12,866 bases of DNA from a bacterium (GTDB taxonomy: Bacteria > Zhuqueibacterota > Zhuqueibacteria > Oceanimicrobiales > Oceanimicrobiaceae). The position numbers and the translations under genes are program-made. Below, piece after piece: positions 4,461 through 12,825 of the stretch. The stretch's first letter is position 1; the number at the start of each line of letters is the position of its first letter. The stretch covers positions 1 to 12,866 of the forward strand of contig JBHHXT010000131.1 of the NCBI GenBank assembly GCA_046757165.1. Direction: 5' to 3'. The notes under the pieces are model-generated. The model saw nothing but the letters and a program-made list of their open reading frames with translations, was not told where the DNA came from and did no database searches.

Positions 4461-6827
4461 ATGATAAGAGCTTCTTCTTCCTCGCTGCTTGTTCTCATCA
4501 CCTTCTTTCTCACAAACAATCTCGGGGCTCAGCTCAGCGCACCACAGGTTGAAAGCGTCTATGGCGGGCGCGTGAATGCAATAACTGGCTACGCACTCAA
4601 CGCCGACACCAGTCGCATATTCATCGCCACGGAAAGCGCCAATTCGATCTTTTATGCCGATGTCCACGCCACTGGCTCGCCGCCGGTTTTCGGCAAATTC
4701 ACGGTCCTGCCGGGTGTGGACGCAACCGCCGGTTATGGCGCCAACATTCGTCACCTCGCCGTTCACGATTCTTCAGGAACGGTCTTCTTCATTCATGACA
4801 GCGGTCTTCTGAGCACGCACCCTGCCGCAACAACTGTCACTACGGTGCAGGCCGGGACTTTCTCTGCACTCTTGATCAAAGAGTCCACCCTGTTTTTTGT
4901 AACTGGCGGCCAGTTTTATTTCGGCACCCTGGATAATGCCGGCGTGTTCACGAACGGTTCCGGCTCGCCTGTCTCAGTGGCGGGACTTGGCGGACAGATG
5001 ACGCTGTGGATCCACCCACTGGACAGCACGGTTTGTGTCTTTACCGAAGGCAACACTCCAACCCTGTACAACTCAGGCGAACCGTACGACCAAATCGATC
5101 ATGCGACCGTATTTTCTGATATTTCCCCTTCGACGCTGGACCCGGCCAATCAGTGGCGCGCCTTCGGCATCGCTCCGGACGGCCGGTTTTTCATCGCCGG
5201 CAGCGACCATGCGGGCAAACACGTCGCGTACTCTGATGATCTGGTCACCTGGAGCTCCTATTCCACGGGCATCAGCGGCATTTCTGCAGACAATTTGGCT
5301 TTCTCGGGGGATTCGCTTTCGTACCATGTCTATTTCGCCAAAGGCTACAATACAAACAACGGCCTGTCAGGAAGCTGGAGCGAATTCGGCCAGCCGGGAG
5401 GTTGGGAAACACACCCGAACGACGGGGCCGTGTTTGCAGACCCTCTGAACCCTGCCATCGTTTACATGACCACGGACCAGGGCATCGGCGCCTCTTATGA
5501 CCACGGGGCCTCCATCTTCGAAATCGACGACGGCGTCGAAGCCGTGCAGGTGCGCGGATTCGACATGAGCGAAGACAAAAACGTTGGCTGGCTGGCCTCC
5601 AAATCCGGCATCCGCAAGGTGAGCAATTACCAGAGCTCCCCCTCCTGGACAAACGCCATCTTTCCAAATTCGGATGGCTCGCCGTACTACTCCGTTGAGA
5701 TGGTCCCCGGCGACACCAGCTCGGTGTACGTCGGGAATGTGCGTGTCTACAAAACGCACAACGATGGCAACCACTGGATGCAGGTCCTCACGCCAGAGCA
5801 GGCGCCCTACAACTTCCCCAACGTTGGGACAAAGGCCCTGGCCATCGAAGTGTGCGAATATGACAGCAACATCGTCTTCGCCGGTTTCGAAATTCAAGGC
5901 CCGGACCATGGCGGGTTATTCTATTCAACCGACGCCGGTGCCTCCTGGGATCAGATGCTCCTCGAAGCGAGTTCAACCGGACAGGATGTGGATGTCTTCG
6001 ATATCGTCTTCAACCTCGAGGGCTCGGACACCGTCGCTTATGTCGGCGTCGAGTACGACCTCGACAGTCCTCAGGGTCGCAGCGTCTACAAGCTCACCAA
6101 GAGCGGTGGTGTCTGGAGCGCGGCGCAGGACATGAATGGCAGTACCACCAGCACCGGCAGTGTCATTGTCGTCACCATCCGCGATATCGAAGTCTCCACC
6201 AGCGGGGATACCATCTTTGCCTGCGGAACCGACGCCGGCATCAACCACCCGGTCGCCTATTTCAAACCGCTCACTGCAACCGGTCTCTGGACGCCGTTTA
6301 CCACCAGCGGCTTTCCGACCGGCGGCAAAGAAGCCATGGCCATTACCATCGGCAAGGATACGGTCTACTGCGCCGTAGACCATGAAATATATGTTTACCC
6401 CGTCAGCGCCTCTTCCTGGATGCTCGGATACGCTTACCCGGTGGGCCAACGCATCAACTTCTTGTATTTTGATGACCTTCTTGTCGGAACCGAAACTGGA
6501 CTCTATGGCCACCTGGGCACTGGCGGGGTAACAAATGTGGACGCTTCGAACCCGGCTGTGCCGGGCAATTTGGTCCTGCATCAAAACTATCCGAACCCGT
6601 TCAACCCGTCAACTGTCATCACCTATAAGCTGTCGGCAGATTCCAGGGTTACTCTCAGCGTCTACAATCTGCTTGGCGAGCAGGTGGCCACTTTAGTGGA
6701 CGAGTTTAGACCGGCGGGAGCCCACGCGCTGCGCTTCGACGCGTCAGGATTGCCAAATGGCGTCTATTTCTACACGATTTCTGCCGGCCAGTTCAAAGCG
6801 ACACGGAAGATGCTGCTGGTACGTTGA
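4461..6827 (+). CDS. Secreted BNR/Asp-box beta-propeller protein with a C-terminal T9SS type A sorting domain (~788 aa)
   Basis: ATG 4461 is preferred over TTG 4431 (SD AAAGGA 4446-4451). Sec signal peptide ends ...NNLGA|Q. Asp-box-like motifs YSDDLVTW, SYDHGASI, THNDGNHW and YSTDAGASW. C-terminus LHQNYPNPFNPST...GVYFY...TRKMLLVR. Confidence 0.9.
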   Translation: MIRASSSSLLVLITFFLTNNLGAQLSAPQVESVYGGRVNAITGYALNADTSRIFIATESANSIFYADVHATGSPPVFGKFTVLPGVDATAGYGANIRHLAVHDSSGTVFFIHDSGLLSTHPAATTVTTVQAGTFSALLIKESTLFFVTGGQFYFGTLDNAGVFTNGSGSPVSVAGLGGQMTLWIHPLDSTVCVFTEGNTPTLYNSGEPYDQIDHATVFSDISPSTLDPANQWRAFGIAPDGRFFIAGSDHAGKHVAYSDDLVTWSSYSTGISGISADNLAFSGDSLSYHVYFAKGYNTNNGLSGSWSEFGQPGGWETHPNDGAVFADPLNPAIVYMTTDQGIGASYDHGASIFEIDDGVEAVQVRGFDMSEDKNVGWLASKSGIRKVSNYQSSPSWTNAIFPNSDGSPYYSVEMVPGDTSSVYVGNVRVYKTHNDGNHWMQVLTPEQAPYNFPNVGTKALAIEVCEYDSNIVFAGFEIQGPDHGGLFYSTDAGASWDQMLLEASSTGQDVDVFDIVFNLEGSDTVAYVGVEYDLDSPQGRSVYKLTKSGGVWSAAQDMNGSTTSTGSVIVVTIRDIEVSTSGDTIFACGTDAGINHPVAYFKPLTATGLWTPFTTSGFPTGGKEAMAITIGKDTVYCAVDHEIYVYPVSASSWMLGYAYPVGQRINFLYFDDLLVGTETGLYGHLGTGGVTNVDASNPAVPGNLVLHQNYPNPFNPSTVITYKLSADSRVTLSVYNLLGEQVATLVDEFRPAGAHALRFDASGLPNGVYFYTISAGQFKATRKMLLVR

Positions 6828-6921
6828 AATTAACGCGCTTAATGGGAGTCTGGTAACTTTGGAGAATTGAGTCATGAACAAGACCCCGGCGTGGATCATC
6901 GGCTGAAAAAAACCTGGATGA

Positions 6922-7083
6922 GGTGAGGTACATATTCTCTACGGGCCGCCTGATGACATTGAATATATTCCCCGGGTGAGCTCAACTTTGAGTAAGGGTT
7001 CTTCTATGAAGTCAGTTGAGATTTGGCTATATCACAGGCCATCCGGCAGCAGGGAGATTCCCAATGTGTTCAGGTCGGCCTAG
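6922..7083 (+). pseudogene. Remnant of a GWxTD-domain protein gene (C-terminal part of the domain)
   Basis: The frame from 6922 reads GEVHILYGPPDDIEYIPRVSSTLSKGSSMKSVEIWLYHRPSGSREIPNVFRSA*, matching the GWxTD pattern (R)GxxYIxYGPPDxIE...EIWxY. It has no start codon and in-frame TGA at 6919 and 6904. Confidence 0.65.
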
Positions 7084-7189
7084 CCAGGCATGATGAAATT
7101 TGTGTTTGTGGATAATGTATCTAATAGCTTACAGAATAACAACATGCCTCGTGAATTGGCAAAAACTTCTCGACGTTCATCGAAATCCA

Positions 7190-7208
7190 CTTCGTGAACT
7201 TCGTGGTT
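7190..7208 (-). repeat. CACGAAG 9-nt-period dimer (relative of the CGCAAAG family), solo arm
   Basis: CTTCGTG-AA-CTTCGTG-GTT parallels the ...CTTTGCG-GTT end of the arm at 2994-3022. Confidence 0.45.
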
Positions 7209-7265
7209 TACTACTTTTCAGACGCCACACTTATTCTCGATTATGAGCACTTTGCCCTGTCCACC

Positions 7266-10200
7266 TTATTCAGCCCCCAAATTCGCCCGCAACCATTTCT
7301 CCACCTCCTCCGGGTTCATTCCTTTGCGCCGGCTGTAGTCATCAACCTGATCCCGGCCGATCTTGCCGACCGAAAAATACTTCGCCTGCGGATGTGCAAA
7401 ATAAAACCCGCACACCGAAGCCGCCGGGTGCATGGCAAACGTCTCGGTTAGCGCGATGCCGGTGTTTTTCTCGACCCCGAGCAGATCGAACAAAAGCCGT
7501 TTCTCGGTGTGGTCCGGGCACGCGGGGTAGCCGGGTGCCGGGCGTATGCCGCGGTAGCGCTCTTTGATCAGATCATCGTTGCTCAACGCCTCCTCTTGTG
7601 CATAGGCCCAGCATTGCGTGCGGACTTTTGCATGCAGGAGCTCTGCAAACGCCTCCGCCAGCCGGTCAGCCAGCGCTTTGAGCATGATGGCGTTGTAGTC
7701 ATCGTGCTCCTTTTCAAAACGGGAGAGCTGGGGCTCCATGCCGAGGCCGGCCGTGACGGCGAAGGCACCGAGGTAATCCTTGATGCCGCTGTCCTTTGGC
7801 GCGATGTAGTCTGCCAGCGCCTGGTTCGGGTTGCCGCCGGTTTTTTTCGTTTGCTGGCGCAGCGTATGGAACGTGGTGAGCACCCGGCTGCGGCTCTCGT
7901 CCGAGTAAACTTCGATATCGTCGCCGACTGAGTTTGCCGCGAACAGACCCAGAACACCGTTGGCGGTCAGCAGTTTGTTTTGGACAATCCGATCCAAAAG
8001 CTTGTTGGCATCGGCAAACAGCTTGCGCGCTTCTTCACCCACCACCGGGTCTTCCAGGATCGCCGGATACTTTCCGCGCATCTCCCAGGTGATGAAAAAT
8101 GGCGACCAGTCGATGTACTTGCGAATTTCCTCGAGCGGGTATGCCTGCAAGGCCACCACACCCAGCTTTGGGGGTTGCGCAATCTGGTCCTGGCGCCAGG
8201 TGGTCTGCACTTTATTTTGCCGCGCCGCTTGCAGTGAAAGCAGGTGCTTTGCCTCGCTCTTGCGACGATGGTCGGTGCGCACCTGTTCATATTCCTGTCT
8301 TATTTCCTCCAAATAGGCCGCGCTTTGACTCTCCGTCACCAGGTGATTGACCGCGGTCACGCCGCGCGAGGCATCGAGAACATGAATCGTCGGGCCGGAG
8401 AAGTTTGGCGCGATTTTCACGGCCGTGTGCACGCGTGAGGTCGTGGCGCCGCCGATGAGCAACGGCACCGTGAAGCCGAGGCGCTCCATCTCGCTGGCGT
8501 TGTGGACCATTTCATCCAGAGAAGGCGTGATCAAACCGCTGAGACCGATGATATCGACCTCTTTCTCCCGTGCCGTCTGCAGGATTTTCTCACAGGGGAC
8601 CATCACGCCCAAATCGATGACTTCATAATTGTTGCAGGCCAGGACAACACCGACGATGTTCTTACCGATGTCATGTACATCGCCTTTGACCGTGGCGAGC
8701 AGCACCCGGGCGCGGGCGCGAGAATCTTTGCCCTCCGCTTTTTCTTTTTCGATAAACGGAATCAGATAAGCCACCGCCTTCTTCATGACCCGCGCGCTCT
8801 TGACCACCTGCGGCAAAAACATCTTGCCCGAACCGAACAGATCTCCGACCACGTTCATGCCGTCCATCAGCGGACCTTCGATAATGGCCAGCGGCCGGGC
8901 GTATTTTTGCCGCGCTTGCTCGATGTCCGCTTCGATGTAGTCGACGATGCCCTTGATGAGCGCGTGCTTGATTCTTTCTTCCACGGTGCCGGTTCGCCAT
9001 TGCGCTTGCTTAGCGGCTACCGCCGGGTCGCCCTTGACTTTATCAGCATAGTCCACCAACCGCTCTGTCGCGTCCAGCCGGCGGTTGAGCAGCACATCTT
9101 CAACCAGTTCGAGCAGATCTTTCGGGATGGCTTCGTACACTTCGAGTTGCCCGGCGTTGACAATGCCCATATCCATGCCGGCCTGGACGGCATGGTAGAG
9201 AAATGCCGAGTGCATGGCCTCACGCACGGGATTATTGCCCCGGAACGAGAAGGAGATGTTGCTGACGCCCCCGCTCACACTTGCCAGCGGCAGGGACGCC
9301 TTGATCCAGCGGGTCGCGTTGATGTAATCCACTGCATAGGTGTTGTGCTCCTCCAGGCCCGTCGCAACCGTCAGGACATTGGGATCGAAGATGATGTCCT
9401 GCGGCGGGAAGCCGACTTCATCGACCAGGATTTTGTACGCGCGCTGACAGATTTCGATCTTGCGTTCGAACGTCGTCGCCTGTCCTTTTTCGTCGAAGGC
9501 CATCACGATCACTGCCGCACCGTACTGCAAAATCTTCTGCGCCTGCTCTTTGAATTTCGCTTCCCCTTCCTTCAGGCTGATCGAGTTGACCACGCCTTTG
9601 CCCTGCAGGCACCGCAGTCCCGCCTCCAGCACGGACCACTTTGACGAGTCGATCATGACGGGCACACGGGCGATGTCTGGTTCGACGCTCAGCAGGTTCA
9701 GGAATTTCACCATGACGGCTTCGGAATCGAGCATGCCTTCGTCCATGTTCACATCGATGATCTGTGCACCATTTTCGACTTGCTGCCGCGCGACAGAAAG
9801 CGCCTCTTCATAGTTTTCTTCGATGATCAGGCGGGCAAATTTGCGCGAGCCGGCGACGTTGGTGCGCTCGCCGATGTTGACAAAGTTTGTATTCTCGGTC
9901 ACCACCACGGGTTCGAGCCCACTGAGGCGCAAATACGGCCTGACCTCAGGCGGTTTTCTCGGACCGTACCTGGCGGCCACCTCGGCGATGGCGCGAATAT
10001 GCTCTGGCGTGGTGCCACAGCACCCGCCCACCAGATTGACAAACCCGCTTTTGATGAAATCTTCAAACGCCGCAGCCATATCTTCCGGGGTCTCGTCGTA
10101 GCCGCCGAACTCGTTGGGCAAGCCGGCGTTGGGATACAAACTGGTCCGGACCGGCGCCACACGGGCAAGCTGCTCGATGAAAGGCCGGATCTGTTTGGCG

Positions 10201-10952
10201 CCCAGCGAACAATTCAACCCAACGCTCAACAAATTGCGCATATGGGAAACCGAAATCCAGAACGCTTCTGTCGTCTGGCCGGAGAGCGTGCGGCCGCTGG
10301 CGTCAACGATCGTGCCCGAAATCATCACCGGCAGGCTTCTGCCGTGGCGGGCAAAATATTCCTGGATCGCTACCAATGTCGCTTTCGCATTCAGGGTGTC
10401 GAATATGGTTTCCACCAGCAGGATATCCACACCCCCCTCCACCAGACCACGAACCTGTTCTGAATAGGCGGCTACCATTTGCTCAAAGGTGACAGCACGA
10501 TACCCCGGATCATTCACGTCCGGTGAAAGCGAGAGCGTCTTGTTGGTGGGCCCCATGGCGCCGACGACAAAACGCGGCTTGCCGGGCTGTCTGCGCGTGA
10601 ACTCAGCCGCCGCCTCTTTGGCGAGCTTCGCGGCCGCAAAGTTGATGTCGTAGACCTTGTGCGCTAAGGCATAATCTTCCTGGGAAACAGGCGTGCCGTT
10701 AAAGGTGTTGGTCTCGATGATATCTGCACCTGCCTGCAGGAACGCATGGTGGATGTCCCTAATGATGCCCGGCTGGGTGATGGAAAGCAGATCATTATTT
10801 CCTTGCAGCGCGTGAGGATGATCTTTGAATTGCTCGCCGCGGAAATCTTTCTCTGAAAGTTTGTGGCGCTGTATCATCGTGCCCATGGCGCCGTCAAGCA
10901 CCATAATGCGCCGTTCCAGAATGTCGTTGAGTTTTTTCAAGGTAGCGTCCAT
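7266..10952 (-). CDS. metH: Cobalamin-dependent methionine synthase (1228 aa, all four domains)
   Basis: Homocysteine/Zn domain ([18 protein letters not shown]), pterin domain (NIGERTN), B12-binding DVHDIGKN...SGL..GGA motif, and AdoMet reactivation domain ([12 protein letters not shown]). Confidence 0.99.
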   Translation of the reverse strand: MDATLKKLNDILERRIMVLDGAMGTMIQRHKLSEKDFRGEQFKDHPHALQGNNDLLSITQPGIIRDIHHAFLQAGADIIETNTFNGTPVSQEDYALAHKVYDINFAAAKLAKEAAAEFTRRQPGKPRFVVGAMGPTNKTLSLSPDVNDPGYRAVTFEQMVAAYSEQVRGLVEGGVDILLVETIFDTLNAKATLVAIQEYFARHGRSLPVMISGTIVDASGRTLSGQTTEAFWISVSHMRNLLSVGLNCSLGAKQIRPFIEQLARVAPVRTSLYPNAGLPNEFGGYDETPEDMAAAFEDFIKSGFVNLVGGCCGTTPEHIRAIAEVAARYGPRKPPEVRPYLRLSGLEPVVVTENTNFVNIGERTNVAGSRKFARLIIEENYEEALSVARQQVENGAQIIDVNMDEGMLDSEAVMVKFLNLLSVEPDIARVPVMIDSSKWSVLEAGLRCLQGKGVVNSISLKEGEAKFKEQAQKILQYGAAVIVMAFDEKGQATTFERKIEICQRAYKILVDEVGFPPQDIIFDPNVLTVATGLEEHNTYAVDYINATRWIKASLPLASVSGGVSNISFSFRGNNPVREAMHSAFLYHAVQAGMDMGIVNAGQLEVYEAIPKDLLELVEDVLLNRRLDATERLVDYADKVKGDPAVAAKQAQWRTGTVEERIKHALIKGIVDYIEADIEQARQKYARPLAIIEGPLMDGMNVVGDLFGSGKMFLPQVVKSARVMKKAVAYLIPFIEKEKAEGKDSRARARVLLATVKGDVHDIGKNIVGVVLACNNYEVIDLGVMVPCEKILQTAREKEVDIIGLSGLITPSLDEMVHNASEMERLGFTVPLLIGGATTSRVHTAVKIAPNFSGPTIHVLDASRGVTAVNHLVTESQSAAYLEEIRQEYEQVRTDHRRKSEAKHLLSLQAARQNKVQTTWRQDQIAQPPKLGVVALQAYPLEEIRKYIDWSPFFITWEMRGKYPAILEDPVVGEEARKLFADANKLLDRIVQNKLLTANGVLGLFAANSVGDDIEVYSDESRSRVLTTFHTLRQQTKKTGGNPNQALADYIAPKDSGIKDYLGAFAVTAGLGMEPQLSRFEKEHDDYNAIMLKALADRLAEAFAELLHAKVRTQCWAYAQEEALSNDDLIKERYRGIRPAPGYPACPDHTEKRLLFDLLGVEKNTGIALTETFAMHPAASVCGFYFAHPQAKYFSVGKIGRDQVDDYSRRKGMNPEEVEKWLRANLGAE

Positions 10953-10973
10953 GATCCAGTCTGTAAGTGATGG

Positions 10974-10998
10974 TTAATCTGGCAAAGCCAGAACCAAA
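10974..10998 (-). repeat. Hairpin+YTAR end motif, copy 5 (TTTGGTT-CTGG-CTTTG-CCAG-A-TTAA on the minus strand)
   Basis: Same geometry as the other copies, with a compensated stem CTGG/CCAG. It lies 21 nt upstream of the metH ATG. Confidence 0.8.
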
Positions 10999-11023
10999 AA
11001 CGGAACACATGACATAGAACCAA

Positions 11024-11045
11024 ACAGGCAAGATGCCTGTGTTGC
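11024..11045 (-). repeat. REP-like hairpin GCAA-C-ACAGGCA-TCT-TGCCTGT
   Basis: 7-bp perfect stem with a 3-nt loop; same layout as the REPs at 4147 and 11434. Confidence 0.7.
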
Positions 11046-11076
11046 AACATCTTCGTCCCTCGTGACAGGTGAATAT

Positions 11077-11141
11077 GTAACGCGACGTTCATGTCGCGAT
11101 AATCCAGCCTCAAAGAGTCTCGACATGAATCTACACGCTAA
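11077..11141. repeat. REP doublet: GTAA-CGCGACG-TTCA-TGTCGCG plus a decayed inverted partner
   Basis: Hairpin at 11077-11098. CGACATGAA (11121-11129) is complementary to TTCATGTCG (11088-11096), and the partner ends in ...CGCTAA. Confidence 0.65.
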
Positions 11142-11218
11142 AGGAAGCATCTAGAGAATATTTTCTTCCCCGAACTCTTCATTTGCAAAGTGTCTGGAAA
11201 GCATGACCCTCGAGACAA

Positions 11219-11247
11219 AAGGTAGCAAAAGTATGGGATGATTTCAA
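11219..11247 (-). promoter_or_regulatory. Candidate sigma70 promoter for metH (TTGAAA-N17-TACCTT with extended -10 TG)
   Basis: Minus strand -35 TTGAAA (11242-11247), 17-bp spacer ending TGC, -10 TACCTT (11219-11224). The -10 hexamer is the same as in the promoter at 449-478. Confidence 0.6.
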
Positions 11248-11335
11248 GCGAATAAAGACCGGTTACACTTTATTCATGGTCTTCATTGTCAGTATTCAGC
11301 ATAAGGAGAGTCAATAAAGGTCCAGGAAATGATCC

Positions 11336-11373
11336 AACACGGTCTGTGACCGTGTTTTGACGGAACCGTCTAC
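11336..11373. repeat. REP-like palindromes AACACGGTC-TGT-GACCGTGTT and GACGG-AA-CCGTC-TAC
   Basis: Perfect 9-bp stem at 11336-11356. The second short palindrome (11359-11373) reads GTAG... on the minus strand. Confidence 0.5.
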
Positions 11374-11404
11374 CTTTGCGGCACCGTGCCCACTTTGTTC
11401 AGGT

Positions 11405-11660
11405 TGTTCACGCTTTAGCGCCTGTGTGAAAATGTAACGCAAGCATCTTGCTTGCGAGAATGGCTTGCCAAGAAAACAAGAACTTAGCTTAAATCATGGA
11501 CCTTTTTTAACAAGCCCGAGGCTTGTTTTGCCATGTTTTCACACAGGCTCTTCAGCGTGTTTCCCCCGACCCCCAGCAAGCTGAAGCTTGTACACCGCCC
11601 CCCGGTCAGGAACAGTTCAGTTCAGGAAAAGACCGTTTGGGTTCTGGCTTGTCCGGCTTA
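11405..11660 (+). repeat. Second copy of the 303-429 composite repeat, split by a MITE and ending in hairpin+YTAR motif copy 6 (11636-11661)
   Basis: TGTTCACGCTTTA | insert | GCGTGTTTCCCCCGACCCCCAGCAAGCTGAAGCTTGTACACCGCCCCCCGGTCAGGAAC...TTCAGGAAA...TTTGGGTTCTGGCTTGTCCGGCTTA is colinear with 305-428. Confidence 0.9.
11418..11550. mobile_element. 133-bp MITE with 15-bp GAGCCTGTGTGAAAA-type TIRs (IS5/IS1182-like) and a 4-bp TSD
   Basis: Left TIR GCGCCTGTGTGAAAA (11418-11432) and right TIR TTTTCACACAGGCTC (11536-11550) match at 14/15. It is flanked by TTTA (11414-11417) and TTCA (11551-11554). The empty site is visible at 311-320. Confidence 0.88.
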
Positions 11661-11674
11661 TGTTGTACAGCCAC

Positions 11675-12769
11675 TCAAGGGGCAATTGGCGAACTCGAGC
11701 TATTCAGCCCCCGCCCTGCAAACGAAAACACATGCAAACCGCTCTGTGTGTCGCTGACATAGATGGTACCGGAGGGTGCAAACGGATAGACCCCAAAAGC
11801 CCCACCGAACCCTGATCCCCGGCCGGTGGAGGTATCAAACTCCTGTGCAATCGTCGGCGCGGAGGGGTTGGAGACATCGAAAATGCGCAAGCCGGCGTGA
11901 TAGTATGAGACATAGGCAAACTGGCCGATGACATAAAGGTTGTGCACCGTCGCGTCCGCATCAGCGAATCCGCCGACCTGTTCGGGATTGTCGACATCGC
12001 TGATATCCCAGACCGTGAAATCCGACGGCCGGCCGTTCAAGTCAGCCAGCTCATCGCAGATAAACAGAAAGCGCGCGTCCTCAGTTGGCCAGCCGCTATG
12101 ATGAAAGCTGATGGTCGGAGAATCGATGGCTGCCAGCAGCACCGGATTTGCCGGGTTGGAAACATCGAAGATGTTGGTCGAGCCGAAGGCCCCAAAATCG
12201 TACAAGCGCTGCCCGATGACCGCGGCGTCGTGCCCGTCGTTGCCGCCTTTCCACACCAGCGAGGGGTTCACAGGGTCCGGGTTCAGGTCCAGGATACGCA
12301 AGGGCTGATTCTGCGTCTGCAGGTACATCAAGCCGTTTTCAGCGATGAAAATGTTATGTGACGAGGCAAATTCCCCCACACGGCGCGGGTTGCGGACGTC
12401 AGAGATGTCGACGATGCCTCCCTGACCCACGCCGCCGCCGTCGACGGCGTAAACGTAATGCTGCCAGACCTTGACATCGAAACCTGGCACAGTAGTAAGC
12501 TTCGCGACCTGCTCCGGGCTGCGCGGGTTGCTGACATCGATGATGTAGAATCCACTGTTGGGACTCCCGCCGGCGGTAAAGCCGCCGAATCCCACGATGG
12601 CGTATTCCTTGCCAGCGCTGTCCACATATCCCCAAACATCCGTCAGGCCGCCGGAGAGCGGCAAATTGGAGAGACGTTGCAAGCTGGGAGACACGTCGTC
12701 ATCGTCACCCGAGCATGAAAACGTGAGCAGAAACATGGTCAAGAGCAGGAGGGGCAGAGAATGGTTCAT
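11675..12769 (-). CDS. Choice-of-anchor B / LVIVD-repeat beta-propeller lipoprotein (~364 aa)
   Basis: ATG 12769 is preferred as start and gives MNHSLPLLLLTMFLLTFS-C19 (lipoprotein signal). It has DVWGY...EYAIVG, repeated (I/V)xD(V/I)SNPxxP units, FHHSGW...DE, VHN, YY.AGLRIFD and GAFGVYPF..SG.IYVSD motifs. Confidence 0.88.
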   Translation of the reverse strand: MNHSLPLLLLTMFLLTFSCSGDDDDVSPSLQRLSNLPLSGGLTDVWGYVDSAGKEYAIVGFGGFTAGGSPNSGFYIIDVSNPRSPEQVAKLTTVPGFDVKVWQHYVYAVDGGGVGQGGIVDISDVRNPRRVGEFASSHNIFIAENGLMYLQTQNQPLRILDLNPDPVNPSLVWKGGNDGHDAAVIGQRLYDFGAFGSTNIFDVSNPANPVLLAAIDSPTISFHHSGWPTEDARFLFICDELADLNGRPSDFTVWDISDVDNPEQVGGFADADATVHNLYVIGQFAYVSYYHAGLRIFDVSNPSAPTIAQEFDTSTGRGSGFGGAFGVYPFAPSGTIYVSDTQSGLHVFSFAGRGLNSSSSPIAP

Positions 12770-12806
12770 GTGCGTTTTCCAGGGTTGATCAGTCACAGGA
12801 TTGTGG

Positions 12807-12825
12807 AACACGGATTTACACGGAT
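12807..12825 (+). repeat. CACGGAT 10-nt-period dimer (AACACGGATTTACACGGAT), probable left arm of another periodic hairpin
   Basis: CACGGAT at 12809 and 12819. Any partner arm would lie beyond the right edge. Confidence 0.4.

Noticed and set aside
8502..9644. 380-aa ORF antisense to metH, and other long overlapping ORFs (2081-2932 minus, 9780-10463 plus, 5973-6584 minus, 1080-1691 plus)
   Set aside because: These are shadow ORFs expected from GC-rich codon bias. They overlap well-supported genes and show no motifs.
3092..10952. Functional link between the dehalogenase and metH (methyl-halide C1 metabolism)
   Set aside because: The genes are separated by an oppositely oriented gene and have separate promoter candidates. 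Hydrolytic dehalogenation does not feed a corrinoid methyltransferase, and MetH is canonical.
11050..11070. GAGGGA on the minus strand upstream of metH, suggestive of a SAM-I riboswitch
   Set aside because: No ATCNAGAG start, GGCCC or GCAACC elements are present in the required order.
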